NCBI GenBank assembly: GCA_937868015.1
Contig: CALMLW010000153.1
Span: forward strand, 1 to 54,067
Direction of reading: 5' to 3'
Origin: an uncultured Synergistaceae bacterium
Lineage (GTDB): Bacteria > Synergistota > Synergistia > Synergistales > Aminiphilaceae
Length of the DNA stretch: 54,067 nt
In this document: one piece after another, positions 9,279-17,623 of the stretch
Layout: each line of letters begins with the position of its first letter
Position numbering within the stretch: the first letter of the stretch is position 1
Notes under the pieces: generated by a model
Database searches by the model: none
What the model saw: only the letters and a program-made list of their open reading frames with translations
What the model was told of the DNA's origin: nothing
Position numbers and translations under genes: made by a program

Positions 9279-9919
9279 GGCATCAACACCACGACGTGCT
9301 TGTCCGAAGCACCGATGCGAATCGCCGCCCGGCGGTCCTCGTCGGTGAGGGCGGACACGTCGTTATTCGCCTCCAGGGAGACGCGCCCCTCTTTCAGTAG
9401 CCCCAGGAGCAGGGCGTCCACCCGGTCCGGCGACCAAGGGGCCAGGGCCCCCTTGACCAGGGCCAGGGGCAGGCGGTCGCCCCCCTGGGATTTCGCCAAT
9501 CGCCCCATGACGTCGATGATGCGCCGGACCGGATCTCCATCCTCCGGGGGGGCGGGAGAGAAAATCGACGCCAAAGCCCCCCCCTTTTGCACCCACCCTT
9601 CCACCACTCGGAACAGAAAGGCCAGCATCTCCCGATCTCCCCGGGTGAGCCCCCGTTTGGTCGCCACGCGCTCCGCCATCGCCCCCAGGTGGGCATGGGC
9701 CCAACGCCACCCCTCGTCGGTGACGGCGGCGTATTTAGACCTTCCCCGGCGGGTGATCTCCACCAATCCCCCCTCCGTGAGGGGCTTGAGGTCGGCGGTC
9801 TTTTTCAGGCTTACCTGGCGGTGCAGCTCCGTGGCAGAGATGTCCTCCGCGCCCCGGGCCTCGCGCAGCAGGAGACAGTAGAACCATTCCAGGGCCTTCC
9901 CCTGAACTTCCATGGCCAT
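9275..9919 (-). CDS. 214-aa hypothetical protein, predicted tandem winged-helix-like; translationally coupled to the downstream NTPase
   Basis: ORF ends in ATGA overlap with the 1073-aa NTPase start. N-terminal segment (LLREARGAEDISATELHRQVSL...GGLVEITRRGRSKY) resembles a MarR/wH fold; a second helix-turn-rich segment is C-terminal. No confident family assignment. Confidence 0.6.
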   Translation of the reverse strand: MAMEVQGKALEWFYCLLLREARGAEDISATELHRQVSLKKTADLKPLTEGGLVEITRRGRSKYAAVTDEGWRWAHAHLGAMAERVATKRGLTRGDREMLAFLFRVVEGWVQKGGALASIFSPAPPEDGDPVRRIIDVMGRLAKSQGGDRLPLALVKGALAPWSPDRVDALLLGLLKEGRVSLEANNDVSALTDEDRRAAIRIGASDKHVVVLMP

Positions 9920-10024
9920 CCCCCCAAAAAGTCATCCCCCCGGACAAAGAGATCCCCGGGGAATCGTCCCCCACGCCCCCCTTCGAGTCCCGCCCCCGGG
10001 GGGACGCATGGAAATCTACGGTCA

Positions 10025-10054
10025 ATCATAGCGACGGGGGCCGAAAAAGACAAA
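10025..10054 (-). promoter_or_regulatory. candidate sigma70-type promoter (TTGTCT-17-TATGAT on minus strand) about 105 nt upstream of the wHTH/NTPase/archease/rtcB gene string
   Basis: Reverse complement reads TTGTCTttttcggcccccgtcgcTATGAT. AT-rich hexamers are conspicuous in the GC-rich background. Confidence 0.3.
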
Positions 10055-10111
10055 CGATAGTTCTTCCCGGAGGCCGGGGCATCGAGGGGGGATAATGCCG
10101 GCATTTTTCCC

Positions 10112-10140
10112 TTGATGAGGGTCCTCCGGATTGCTATCAT
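10112..10140 (+). promoter_or_regulatory. candidate sigma70 promoter TTGATG-17-TATCAT for the gene at 10238
   Basis: cccTTGATGagggtcctccggattgcTATCATgg about 100 nt upstream of the ATG. Followed by direct repeat CTAGAGAGAGA x2 at 10202-10224. Confidence 0.4.
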
Positions 10141-10237
10141 GGCTCCCATCGCCCCCGGGCCTCCGCCAGAACGGCGCCCCATCGGGGCAGGGATTTTTTC
10201 CCTAGAGAGAGACCTAGAGAGAGAAAGGAAGGCTCCC

Positions 10238-10669
10238 ATGACCCCCATCCTCATAAGACATTACGTCCATCCCCAGCGCAGCGAGGCGGAGAACGCCACG
10301 GGGCTCACCCTGGGGCGGCTGATCTCCGCCCACGCGCCGCGCTTTGCCGCTCTGGATCTTTCCCTGGATCTGGAGGTGGTGCCCTGCGACGCCCCGGAGG
10401 ACCGAAACCGCGTCACCTTTTCCTATCCCGTGCCCTCGGATGACGAAGAGCCCCCCCAGGATCGGGAACGCTCCCTGGAGGATCTCTTGGGTCTAGGGGT
10501 CGTGGTGTCCCCCGGAGCGCCCCATCGCACCCTGGTTTACGAAGGCCAGGCCTACGACGCCATTCCCCCGGGACTCCTGGCGGACGGCCTCCTGCGGGTG
10601 GCCATGGCCCTCATGGGGGGCGGAGGGTGTGGCTCTTCCTGCGCGGGGTGCCAGGGGTGTGGGGCCTAG
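10238..10669 (+). CDS. hypothetical protein with C-terminal Gly/Cys-rich tail (GGGGCGSSCAGCQGCGA)
   Basis: ATG at 10238 with AAAGGAAGG RBS (the track's longer ORF from 10112 has no RBS). 143 aa. Precedes the PduO-type adenosyltransferase gene. Confidence 0.5.
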   Translation: MTPILIRHYVHPQRSEAENATGLTLGRLISAHAPRFAALDLSLDLEVVPCDAPEDRNRVTFSYPVPSDDEEPPQDRERSLEDLLGLGVVVSPGAPHRTLVYEGQAYDAIPPGLLADGLLRVAMALMGGGGCGSSCAGCQGCGA

Positions 10670-10786
10670 GGACGCACTCAAAGGCAATTTAAGGCGATTC
10701 GGCTCGGCCGGGGCCCGCACCGGCCGAGCTCCGGCGAAGGCCCGATGGTAAGGAAAAGGGGCCCCGCCACGAAAGGAGAGAAGATC

Positions 10787-11314
10787 ATGGATGGAGTTTG
10801 GCTGGTCACTCGAGGGGGAGACAAGGGAGAAACCTCTTTGGGCGACGGAGAGCGGGTGCCCAAGGATTCCCCTCGGGTGGAGACCTATGGCACGCTGGAC
10901 GAGTGTCAGGCCGCCCTGGGGCTGGCCCGGAGCCTCTGCCCCTTCGATGACTTGGGGCAGGAGATCCTGCGCCTGGAAGATCACCTGGGCTCCGTCATGG
11001 GGTACTTTGCCGCCTACCCCGGCATGGAAGAGCCCGACGTCACTCTGCTGGACGGCGTGGTGGAAAGGGTTCGGGGCGTGGTGGGAGACTCCTTCTCCTT
11101 CGTGCGTCCCGGGGACTCCGCCCCGGGGGCGGCGCTACACCTGGCCCGGACCGTGGCCCGCCGGGCGGAGCGCTCCGCCGTGAAACTCTACCGCATGAAC
11201 CAGCTCTCCGACCAGGCCTATGCCTACATCAACCGCCTGTCCGACGCCATCTACGCCCTATCGCTCTGGGCCGACAAGGCCAGTAAGGACCGCACCGCCC
11301 CATCTTCAAAATAG
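10787..11314 (+). CDS. PduO-type ATP:cob(I)alamin adenosyltransferase
   Basis: Start at MDGVWLVTRGGDKGETSLGDGERVPKDSPRVETYGTLDE (AAAGGAGAG RBS 7 nt upstream). GDxGxT and RVETYGTLDE are signature PduO/MMAB motifs. Confidence 0.85.
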   Translation: MDGVWLVTRGGDKGETSLGDGERVPKDSPRVETYGTLDECQAALGLARSLCPFDDLGQEILRLEDHLGSVMGYFAAYPGMEEPDVTLLDGVVERVRGVVGDSFSFVRPGDSAPGAALHLARTVARRAERSAVKLYRMNQLSDQAYAYINRLSDAIYALSLWADKASKDRTAPSSK

Positions 11315-11318
11315 CTTC

Positions 11319-11370
11319 GTGCCCCTCCGACGAAGCCGGAGAGGGAGGAAGGCCTTCGGCGGAGGGGCAC
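11319..11370 (+). terminator. GC-rich stem-loop (11-bp stem GTGCCCCTCCG/CGGAGGGGCAC with structured loop) starting 5 nt after the adenosyltransferase stop; no U-tract
   Basis: Perfect 11-bp inverted repeat seen directly. The loop contains a second imperfect inverted repeat (GAAGCC...GGCCTTC). Confidence 0.45.
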
Positions 11371-11413
11371 GCCGTGGAACGAATGGGTCGTGGCATATTT
11401 TCCCCGGAAGCCC

Positions 11414-11419
11414 TATAAT
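11414..11419 (+). promoter_or_regulatory. perfect TATAAT -10 hexamer about 58 nt upstream of the GntR-family gene; -35 is weak
   Basis: cccTATAATgg in a 70 % GC context. Upstream hexamer (TGGCAT/GTGGCA) is a poor match to TTGACA. Confidence 0.35.
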
Positions 11420-11476
11420 GGTATGGAGCCTTCAGCATACAAAAAACCTGACATCGCCCGCGCGAGGAGGTCCCCC

Positions 11477-12151
11477 ATGCCAGACAACCCTCTGTCCCCG
11501 ACCCAGAACATCGACCTGCGACAGATCGTCTACGAGAAGATAAAGGAGGCCATCCTGGATGGCATCATCCACCCCGGGGAGCGCCTCTCCGAGGTGGATC
11601 TGGCCGAAAAGCTCACCGTGTCTCGGACGCCGGTACGGGAGGCCATTCGGCAGCTCGCGGAAACCAAGCTCGTGGCCCTCATCCCCCGCAAGGGGGCCTA
11701 CGTGGTGCTCCTGTCGGTGCAGGACGCCAAGGACCTCTACGAGCTCCGGAGCGCCCTGGAGTGCTGTGCCCTGACCCACCTCTGCCAGAATCCCCCCGCA
11801 GAAGCCCTGCAGGAGGTGCGGGCCGTCTTCGACGGCTTCAACGATTCCATGTCTCAATTCATCCACTACGATCGCCAATTCCACAGCATCATCCGAAGCG
11901 GATCGGGCAACAAGTTTCTTAATAGCGTTTTGGACAACGTGGTGGACCTCATCCAGCTCTGCCGTCGCTACGCCCTGGAGGTGGTCCCCCTGGCCACCTC
12001 GGCGGCGGAACACGTGGGAATCATCGATGCCATCCTCGCCCGGGACGTGGAAAAAAGCCAACGCCTCCTCCGGGATCACCTGCGGCGGGCCTCGGAATCC
12101 CTGGCCACCTACCTGGAAAAACACCCGGAGTTCTCCCGACAGACGCCCTGA
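11477..12151 (+). CDS. GntR-family transcriptional regulator (FadR/FCD C-terminal domain)
   Basis: ATG at 11477 with GAGGAGG RBS. N-terminal wHTH (LSEVDLAEKLTVSRTPVREAIRQL) followed by an FCD-type ligand domain. Confidence 0.8.
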   Translation: MPDNPLSPTQNIDLRQIVYEKIKEAILDGIIHPGERLSEVDLAEKLTVSRTPVREAIRQLAETKLVALIPRKGAYVVLLSVQDAKDLYELRSALECCALTHLCQNPPAEALQEVRAVFDGFNDSMSQFIHYDRQFHSIIRSGSGNKFLNSVLDNVVDLIQLCRRYALEVVPLATSAAEHVGIIDAILARDVEKSQRLLRDHLRRASESLATYLEKHPEFSRQTP

Positions 12152-12190
12152 CCTCTCTTCCATCGATGCCGACAAAAAGGAGGTTTCTCT

Positions 12191-12976
12191 GTGGAACAAG
12201 GATGGGGTTTTGTGATCTATAAGGCGGTGGCCTCCCTCGCGCTCCCCCCGGGGCTTTTGGTGCTGGGACTGGCCCTTTTGGGGCTCGGGGCCCTGCGCCC
12301 GCCCCGGCGCCGGGGGCTGGGGTTTACCCTTTTGACCCTTTCTGTGGCGATCTACGGTATGAGCACCCCCTTCGGCGCCCAGGCACTCCTGGGCACGCTG
12401 GAATCCCCCTGGAAGGCCGATATTCCCCCTCAGGATCGGCGGTGGGGAGTACTGGTGCTGGCGGGAGGAGTGATCGTGAGGGACGGAGAGCCGGCGGAGC
12501 TCAATTCGTTCACCCTGGCCCGGCTGGTGGGGGGATGGGAAGCGGCCCGACAGGGCCCCTGGCCCATGATCGTGAGCGGCGGCCCTTCTCTGGAGGCCCC
12601 CCAGGCCCCCTCTCTAGGGGCCCTCATGGAGGAACGCCTCCGCCGTTGGGGGTACGAAGGCACGGTATGGCGGGAAGAAACTTCTCGTAACACCTGGGAA
12701 AACATGACGGCCTCGAAGGCCATCGTGGTCTCGGAAGACCTGGAGGGCGTCATCGTGGTCACCGATGCCTTTCACATGTCCCGCTCCATGGCCATGGCCC
12801 GGAGAGCCCTGCCGGTGGCGGTACGCCCCTATCCTGTGGGCTTTCTGGTGGACCGGCGCCCCATCACGTTCTGGGATTTCCTCCCAAACCCCGGGAGCTT
12901 GCACCACAGCATGATCGGCCTGAAGGAATACTTAGGGCTCTTTGCCTACGACCTCTACGGCTTCCTTTTCTCGTAG
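12191..12976 (+). CDS. DUF218 (YdcF/ElyC/SanA-like) domain membrane-anchored protein
   Basis: GTG start with AAAGGAGG RBS 7 nt upstream. N-terminal TM segment. VIVVTDAFHMSRS motif typical of DUF218. Confidence 0.7.
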   Translation: MEQGWGFVIYKAVASLALPPGLLVLGLALLGLGALRPPRRRGLGFTLLTLSVAIYGMSTPFGAQALLGTLESPWKADIPPQDRRWGVLVLAGGVIVRDGEPAELNSFTLARLVGGWEAARQGPWPMIVSGGPSLEAPQAPSLGALMEERLRRWGYEGTVWREETSRNTWENMTASKAIVVSEDLEGVIVVTDAFHMSRSMAMARRALPVAVRPYPVGFLVDRRPITFWDFLPNPGSLHHSMIGLKEYLGLFAYDLYGFLFS

Positions 12977-13031
12977 CCTTCTCGTGGCCGCCCGGCCAGC
13001 GCCCCGTCCCCTTCTTTTCCCGGAGACTCGA

Positions 13032-14705
13032 TTAAAACCTCTCTTCTCCTTCAAACAGCCGGGCCATGAGGGGTTCCGCGCTCCTTCCTTCCCCCAGGGC
13101 CTCCTCCATCTCCTCCGCCAGACGCTTTAGGTCATCCCGACCACACTGCGCCGCAGAGGATCCGAGCCTTTCCGCCAGGATGCGGGCCTCTTCTTCGTTT
13201 CCCGCGACCCAGGCTCGCCGGAGGGCCGTGCGGATCAGGGGGAGCTCGGCGGCAAAGGCCTCTTCCATGGAGAGCCTATCGGCCTCGTCCTGGGGCGGGG
13301 AGACGGCCCCGTCGTAGCCCGTCCACTGGGCCACCAGGTCCCAGAGCAGCTTCCGGGGCACGGGCTTCAGGGCGTAGTCGTCCATCCCCGCCTCCAGGGC
13401 TTCCAGGGCGGTCCCCGCTCCCCCCGCCGTGAGGGCCACCACGGGCACGGTGAACCCCCGGCGGCGCAGCTCTCGCGTAGCGGCGATGCCATCCATGTGG
13501 GGCATGAGGATGTCCATGATCACCAGATCGGGGCTCCAGAGCCCCACGATCCGCAGGGCATCCAGGCCGTCTTCGGCGGTATCCACCGTGCACCCCGCTT
13601 TTTTCAGGGCGTCGGCGATGATGGCCCGATTGGTAGCGTTGTCATCCACCACCAGCACCCGGGGGGGGGTGAGGCGCTTCCCCACGTCCTTGCGCCTCAA
13701 CCCCAGCACCAGGGGCACGCGGATCTTCCACAGAAGACCTCCGGCGCTGGCGCTCTCCTGCCAGGAGAGGGAAAACATGTCCAGGAGGTATCGCACCTCC
13801 CGGGAGAGCACCCCGGGGGGGCCCGTAAAAGACCCCGCTTCCAACACGCACTCCATCTCGGCCCCCGAAGGGCGAAGGATGCAGGCCACCCCCTGGGCTC
13901 CCCGCTCTCCGTAGGCGTATTGGATCATGAGGGCCAGAAGAAGCACCGCCCCCTGGGAAAGGCGCCCCCGAGGGGGGAAACGCCCTGCGGAGAAGGCCCA
14001 TTCCCGCTTTTCCAGGAAGGCCCAGGCCTCCCCCAGGGACTGAATCCGCCGGGATACGTCGTGACAGGCCAGAAAGACCGACCCCAGATGGGCCATGTCG
14101 GGCAGGGCCATGACATCGATGCCCCCTTGGAGCAGGGCCAAGGCGGCGGTGACACGGTTTCTCCCGTCCTCCGAAGGGGGGCAGGTCCCCCCATCCAGAG
14201 CCAGTTCCAGGGTCCACAGCGGAGTCCGAAGGAGATGGCCCCCCAAGCGGATTTTATCGGCCATCATGCGGCCGTAGAAGGCGTCCAGGGCCATCACGGC
14301 GGCGACGGCGACGCCCTCCAGGTCCCGGATCTTTCCCGCCGACAGCCCCCCGGCGGGGTTGCCCACGCCGAACCACTCGTCTCCGGAGATGCCGGAAACC
14401 ACGGCGTCCATCGAGGATGCCACTTCCACGCCCCCGAGGATCACGCCGTTTTTCCGCCCCAGGGCCCCCGGACCTTCGGGGCGCCCGGCGTCGAGCGACG
14501 CCAGCTCCTCGGGAGAAAGGGGATTCAGGCGCCTTCCCATGGAAGTGAAAAGCCAGGCGGCCCTCCGGGGAGGGGCGCAACGCCACACCGCCAGGGGAGC
14601 GAGAAATCGATCGCACAAAAACTCCAAAAGTTCCCGGGCAAAGGTGCCCTCGTCCGGGGCGTGGCGTAGACGGCGCAACAGAGAAGGGGCGAGACGTTCT
14701 TCCAT
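13032..14705 (-). CDS. response regulator: N-terminal about 330-aa uncharacterised (GAF-like?) region, CheY-like receiver, C-terminal HPt-like helix lacking the phospho-accepting His
   Basis: Receiver motifs VLVVDDNATNR...DLVIMDILMPHMDG...LTAGG. C-terminal LAERLGSSAAQCG aligns with the HPt consensus aHsLKGsaanlG but with Glu in place of His. AAGGAGGT RBS. Confidence 0.8.
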   Translation of the reverse strand: MEERLAPSLLRRLRHAPDEGTFARELLEFLCDRFLAPLAVWRCAPPRRAAWLFTSMGRRLNPLSPEELASLDAGRPEGPGALGRKNGVILGGVEVASSMDAVVSGISGDEWFGVGNPAGGLSAGKIRDLEGVAVAAVMALDAFYGRMMADKIRLGGHLLRTPLWTLELALDGGTCPPSEDGRNRVTAALALLQGGIDVMALPDMAHLGSVFLACHDVSRRIQSLGEAWAFLEKREWAFSAGRFPPRGRLSQGAVLLLALMIQYAYGERGAQGVACILRPSGAEMECVLEAGSFTGPPGVLSREVRYLLDMFSLSWQESASAGGLLWKIRVPLVLGLRRKDVGKRLTPPRVLVVDDNATNRAIIADALKKAGCTVDTAEDGLDALRIVGLWSPDLVIMDILMPHMDGIAATRELRRRGFTVPVVALTAGGAGTALEALEAGMDDYALKPVPRKLLWDLVAQWTGYDGAVSPPQDEADRLSMEEAFAAELPLIRTALRRAWVAGNEEEARILAERLGSSAAQCGRDDLKRLAEEMEEALGEGRSAEPLMARLFEGEERF

Positions 14706-14843
14706 GACTTTACCTCCTTCAACAGGCCGTTTCCCGAGGGCGGCCCTCCGGGGGTCCGGGGCGTCCCACGGTGCCTGTGGGAGGCTCTCTTCGGCTGAAA
14801 CAAATTGTAACCTTTTCTTATCGCCGGTGCAACGCCGCCTCCG

Positions 14844-16148
14844 TCAGTTCTGATCCGCGAAGCGCCGCCAGAAGCGGGCCAGGCGCTGCCCCATGCCCCG
14901 CTCCTCCCCCAGCACGCCGGGGAAGTAGAAGCGTTCCGTTCTATCCATGTAGGCTTGGGGCACCCAATGCCGGGGGTCGTCGTGGGGGTAGCGGTACCCC
15001 GATCCCGAGGGACGCAGGTGCTCCGGCACCGGCTGGAGGTTGCCCCCCTCCACCGCTCGCACGGCGGCGCCAATGGCCCCATAGGCGCTATTGCTCTTGG
15101 GAGCCGCCGCCAAGTAGAGCGTCGCCTCCGCCAGGGGGATGCGCGCTTCGGGCCACCCCGTGAAGTCCGCCGCTTCCGCCGCCGCCGTCGCCACCACCAA
15201 AGCCTGGGGATCGGCCAACCCCACGTCCTCGGCGGCGGAAATCACCAGGCGCCGGGCCACGAAACGCACGTCTTCCCCCGAGGCCACCAGGCGGGCCAGC
15301 CAGTAGATCGCCGCGTCGGGATCGGAACCCCGGATGCTCTTGATGAGGGCGGAAATGATGGCGTAGTGGTCATCCCCCGCCCGGTCGAAGCGCAGGGCCC
15401 CCCGGGGGAGCAGAGCCGCCCCGGCCTCGGGGGTCAAGACCTTACCTCCTCCCACCGCCACGGAAGACACGGCGACCTCCAGGCGTAGCAGGGCCTGGCG
15501 GGCATCCCCCCCCGCCCCCCGGGCCAGGGCCCCCAGGACCTCGTCCGGCACGGCCACCTCCAGGGTCCCCAGCCCCCGCTCCCGGTCATCCAGCGCCCGG
15601 CGCAGGATCTCCCGCAGGTCGGCTTCGTCCAGAGGTTTCAGGTCGAAGACCACCATGCGGGACAGGAGGGTCTTGTTGATCTCGAAATAGGGATTCTCCG
15701 TGGTGGTGCCCACCAGGATGAGGTCTCCCCCCTCCACCGCCGGGAGCAGGGCGTTTTGTTGGATCTTGTTGAAGTGATAGATCTCATCCACGAAGGCCAC
15801 CGCTCCCCGCCCTCCGTCGGCCTGTTTTCGGCGGCGGGCCCGCTCCACCAGCTCTCTCAGGTCTCCCACCCGGGCGCTCACCGCGTTGATCTCGAAGAGC
15901 CCTCGCCGGGTGCCCTCCGCGAGGAGGCGCACCAGGGTGGTCTTGCCTACCCCTGGGGGGCCATAAAGGATGCAGCTGGGCAGGATTCCCTGGTCCACGA
16001 GGCGGCGCAGGGGCGCCCCGGGGCCCACCAGGTGACGCTGCCCCACGTACTCGGCCAGCGTCCGGGGGCGCATGCGATCCGCCAGGGGGCGCTCGCCCCC
16101 CCGATCCCCCTCTCCCCCGGAGGGGAAGAGCTCCCCGGCGTCGCTCAC
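14844..16148 (-). CDS. rarA: replication-associated recombination protein A (RarA/MgsA AAA+ ATPase)
   Basis: MRPRTLAEYVGQRHL, GPPGVGKTT, VAFVDEIYHFNK motifs. Start reassigned to GTG at 16148 (VSDAGELFP...) with AAAGGAGG RBS 9 nt upstream and a GTGA overlap with the upstream HAD gene stop. The 549-aa ORF from 16493 would overlap that gene by about 350 nt. Confidence 0.9.
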   Translation of the reverse strand: MSDAGELFPSGGEGDRGGERPLADRMRPRTLAEYVGQRHLVGPGAPLRRLVDQGILPSCILYGPPGVGKTTLVRLLAEGTRRGLFEINAVSARVGDLRELVERARRRKQADGGRGAVAFVDEIYHFNKIQQNALLPAVEGGDLILVGTTTENPYFEINKTLLSRMVVFDLKPLDEADLREILRRALDDRERGLGTLEVAVPDEVLGALARGAGGDARQALLRLEVAVSSVAVGGGKVLTPEAGAALLPRGALRFDRAGDDHYAIISALIKSIRGSDPDAAIYWLARLVASGEDVRFVARRLVISAAEDVGLADPQALVVATAAAEAADFTGWPEARIPLAEATLYLAAAPKSNSAYGAIGAAVRAVEGGNLQPVPEHLRPSGSGYRYPHDDPRHWVPQAYMDRTERFYFPGVLGEERGMGQRLARFWRRFADQN

Positions 16149-17128
16149 AGCCCCAACGCCTCCTTTAGGATCGGGTAAAGTCCTTCGGGGTTTTCCGGTA
16201 GCGCCAGCGCCCGGGGCGTCGGCGCCCCCACCGTCACCAGAGGATAGCGTCCGGCGCAGACCCAGCGCACCACCTCGTCCAGCGGACATCCCATGAGCTC
16301 CGGAGGCAAGCCTCGCCAGGCCCGCCACTGCCCCGGCGACAGGGTCTTTTCGGGGGAGACCCCCAGGGTACCCACCCCCAGGGCACAGCTTTGCTCCATC
16401 ACGGCCCCCAGAAGGGGTGATTCTTCGGGAAGGCGTCCCTCCAGGGCCCAGGCCCCCTGGAGCCACCGGGGGTCCAAGGAGGCGTACTCCCAAGGAACAA
16501 GGGGTTCGGGCGCCCGCAGGGACTCCACCAGATCCTTCACCCGGGGAAGGGCCACATCGGCCCAGGAGCTCCAGCTCTCGGGGCCCCGCTCCACCAGCAC
16601 GGCCCTCATGCCCGCCCGCCGAGCCCCCAGGATGTCGTAGAGAAAATCCCCCACCACCACACAGTCCTTCGCCCCCACGCCGAGCCTACGGGCCGCCCGG
16701 CAGAGGGCCTCGGGGTGGGGTTTCACCGGCTTTTCCTCCCGGGAAAACACCAGGGGGGGCAGGGTCAACCCCATGACCTCCGCCGCCCGGAAGATGGATT
16801 CCCGGCAGTTCCGGGAGACCACGGCCCAGGGCCTTCCCCGGTCCTCGATCCAAGCCAGCAGATCGCGGGCTCCGGGCACCACCTCCGCCTGGTCCGCCCC
16901 CGCCATCTCCAGGGCCCTCATGGCCGACTCCAGCTCCTCGCGCCGGTCGGGGGGCAACGAGGGCAACACCTCCAGGATCATGACCCGGCGCCCCTGGAAA
17001 AATTTCTCGTAAATGGGCACAAAGGACAGACGGGTATCCGCCAGCACGCCATCCCAATCGAGGATCCATCCCCCGCAAAAAGCGGGGTGCCAGAAGGGGG
17101 CGCGCCCCGAGCTTTCCATCTCTTCCAC
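16145..17128 (-). CDS. HAD-superfamily hydrolase with C-terminal extension
   Basis: ILDWDGVLADT (DxD motif I), VVSRN (motif II), K...VVGDFLYD (motifs III/IV). Alternative ATG at 17119 has the better RBS (AAAGGGG-8-ATG). Confidence 0.75.
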   Translation of the reverse strand: MEEMESSGRAPFWHPAFCGGWILDWDGVLADTRLSFVPIYEKFFQGRRVMILEVLPSLPPDRREELESAMRALEMAGADQAEVVPGARDLLAWIEDRGRPWAVVSRNCRESIFRAAEVMGLTLPPLVFSREEKPVKPHPEALCRAARRLGVGAKDCVVVGDFLYDILGARRAGMRAVLVERGPESWSSWADVALPRVKDLVESLRAPEPLVPWEYASLDPRWLQGAWALEGRLPEESPLLGAVMEQSCALGVGTLGVSPEKTLSPGQWRAWRGLPPELMGCPLDEVVRWVCAGRYPLVTVGAPTPRALALPENPEGLYPILKEALGL

Positions 17129-17220
17129 CCCTTTCTGTTTCCCTAAGGGAGCCTTTGCCGCGAAGCCTCCGAAGACCTGGCTTCGCCCCCCTCTTCGATT
17201 CTACCAAGACCCTACCAAAG

Positions 17221-17259
17221 CACAGAGGGGAGAGGGCTTCTGCCCTTCCCCCCTCTGTG
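17221..17259. other. 17/18-bp imperfect inverted repeat (CACAGAGGGGAGAGGGC ttct GCCCTTCCCCCCTCTGTG) in a 495-nt intergenic gap
   Basis: Seen directly. No adjacent U-tract on either strand. Confidence 0.4.
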
Positions 17260-17623
17260 GCCGTCGCAAAGCCCCGCAGTGCCGTGACTCGAAGGCCTTG
17301 ACCCGATCCTAACACTTTTGGGAGCCTGCCTCGCTTGAGCTTTGTCGGCGGGTCTTTCCGCCTCCGTCGCCAGCGAGGTGCCAGCCCCCCCTTAGACCGA
17401 GTGTTGGCTCAAGGCACTTCTCGATGACACGCACACCGCAGGATACCTTGTTCCCCATCATGGTAGCACGAAAGATCTTTTCAGACAACCTCCACCGCCG
17501 GTCTCGACAAAAGGGCAAAAAAATCCGCCGCCGATGCGCCACCATGGGCCGCCCCTGGCGATCCCACGCAGCGAAAAGGCCCCGCCCGACCTCCGGCAGG
17601 CCCCCCGAGAAAAAGTCGCCCCC

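Noticed and set aside
10091-10106. ATGCCGGCAT palindrome followed by TTTTT (possible terminator)
   Set aside because: The stem would be only 3-5 bp around a 4-nt loop. Too weak for an intrinsic terminator. More likely part of the promoter region for the gene at 10238.
13497-14669. 390-aa + ORF
   Set aside because: Antisense to the response regulator gene. Pro/Gly/His-rich. No support.
16149-16493. 115-codon N-terminal extension of rarA in the ORF track
   Set aside because: Would overlap the upstream HAD gene by about 350 nt. A GTG with AAAGGAGG RBS at 16148 gives a normal-length RarA and a GTGA stop-start overlap.
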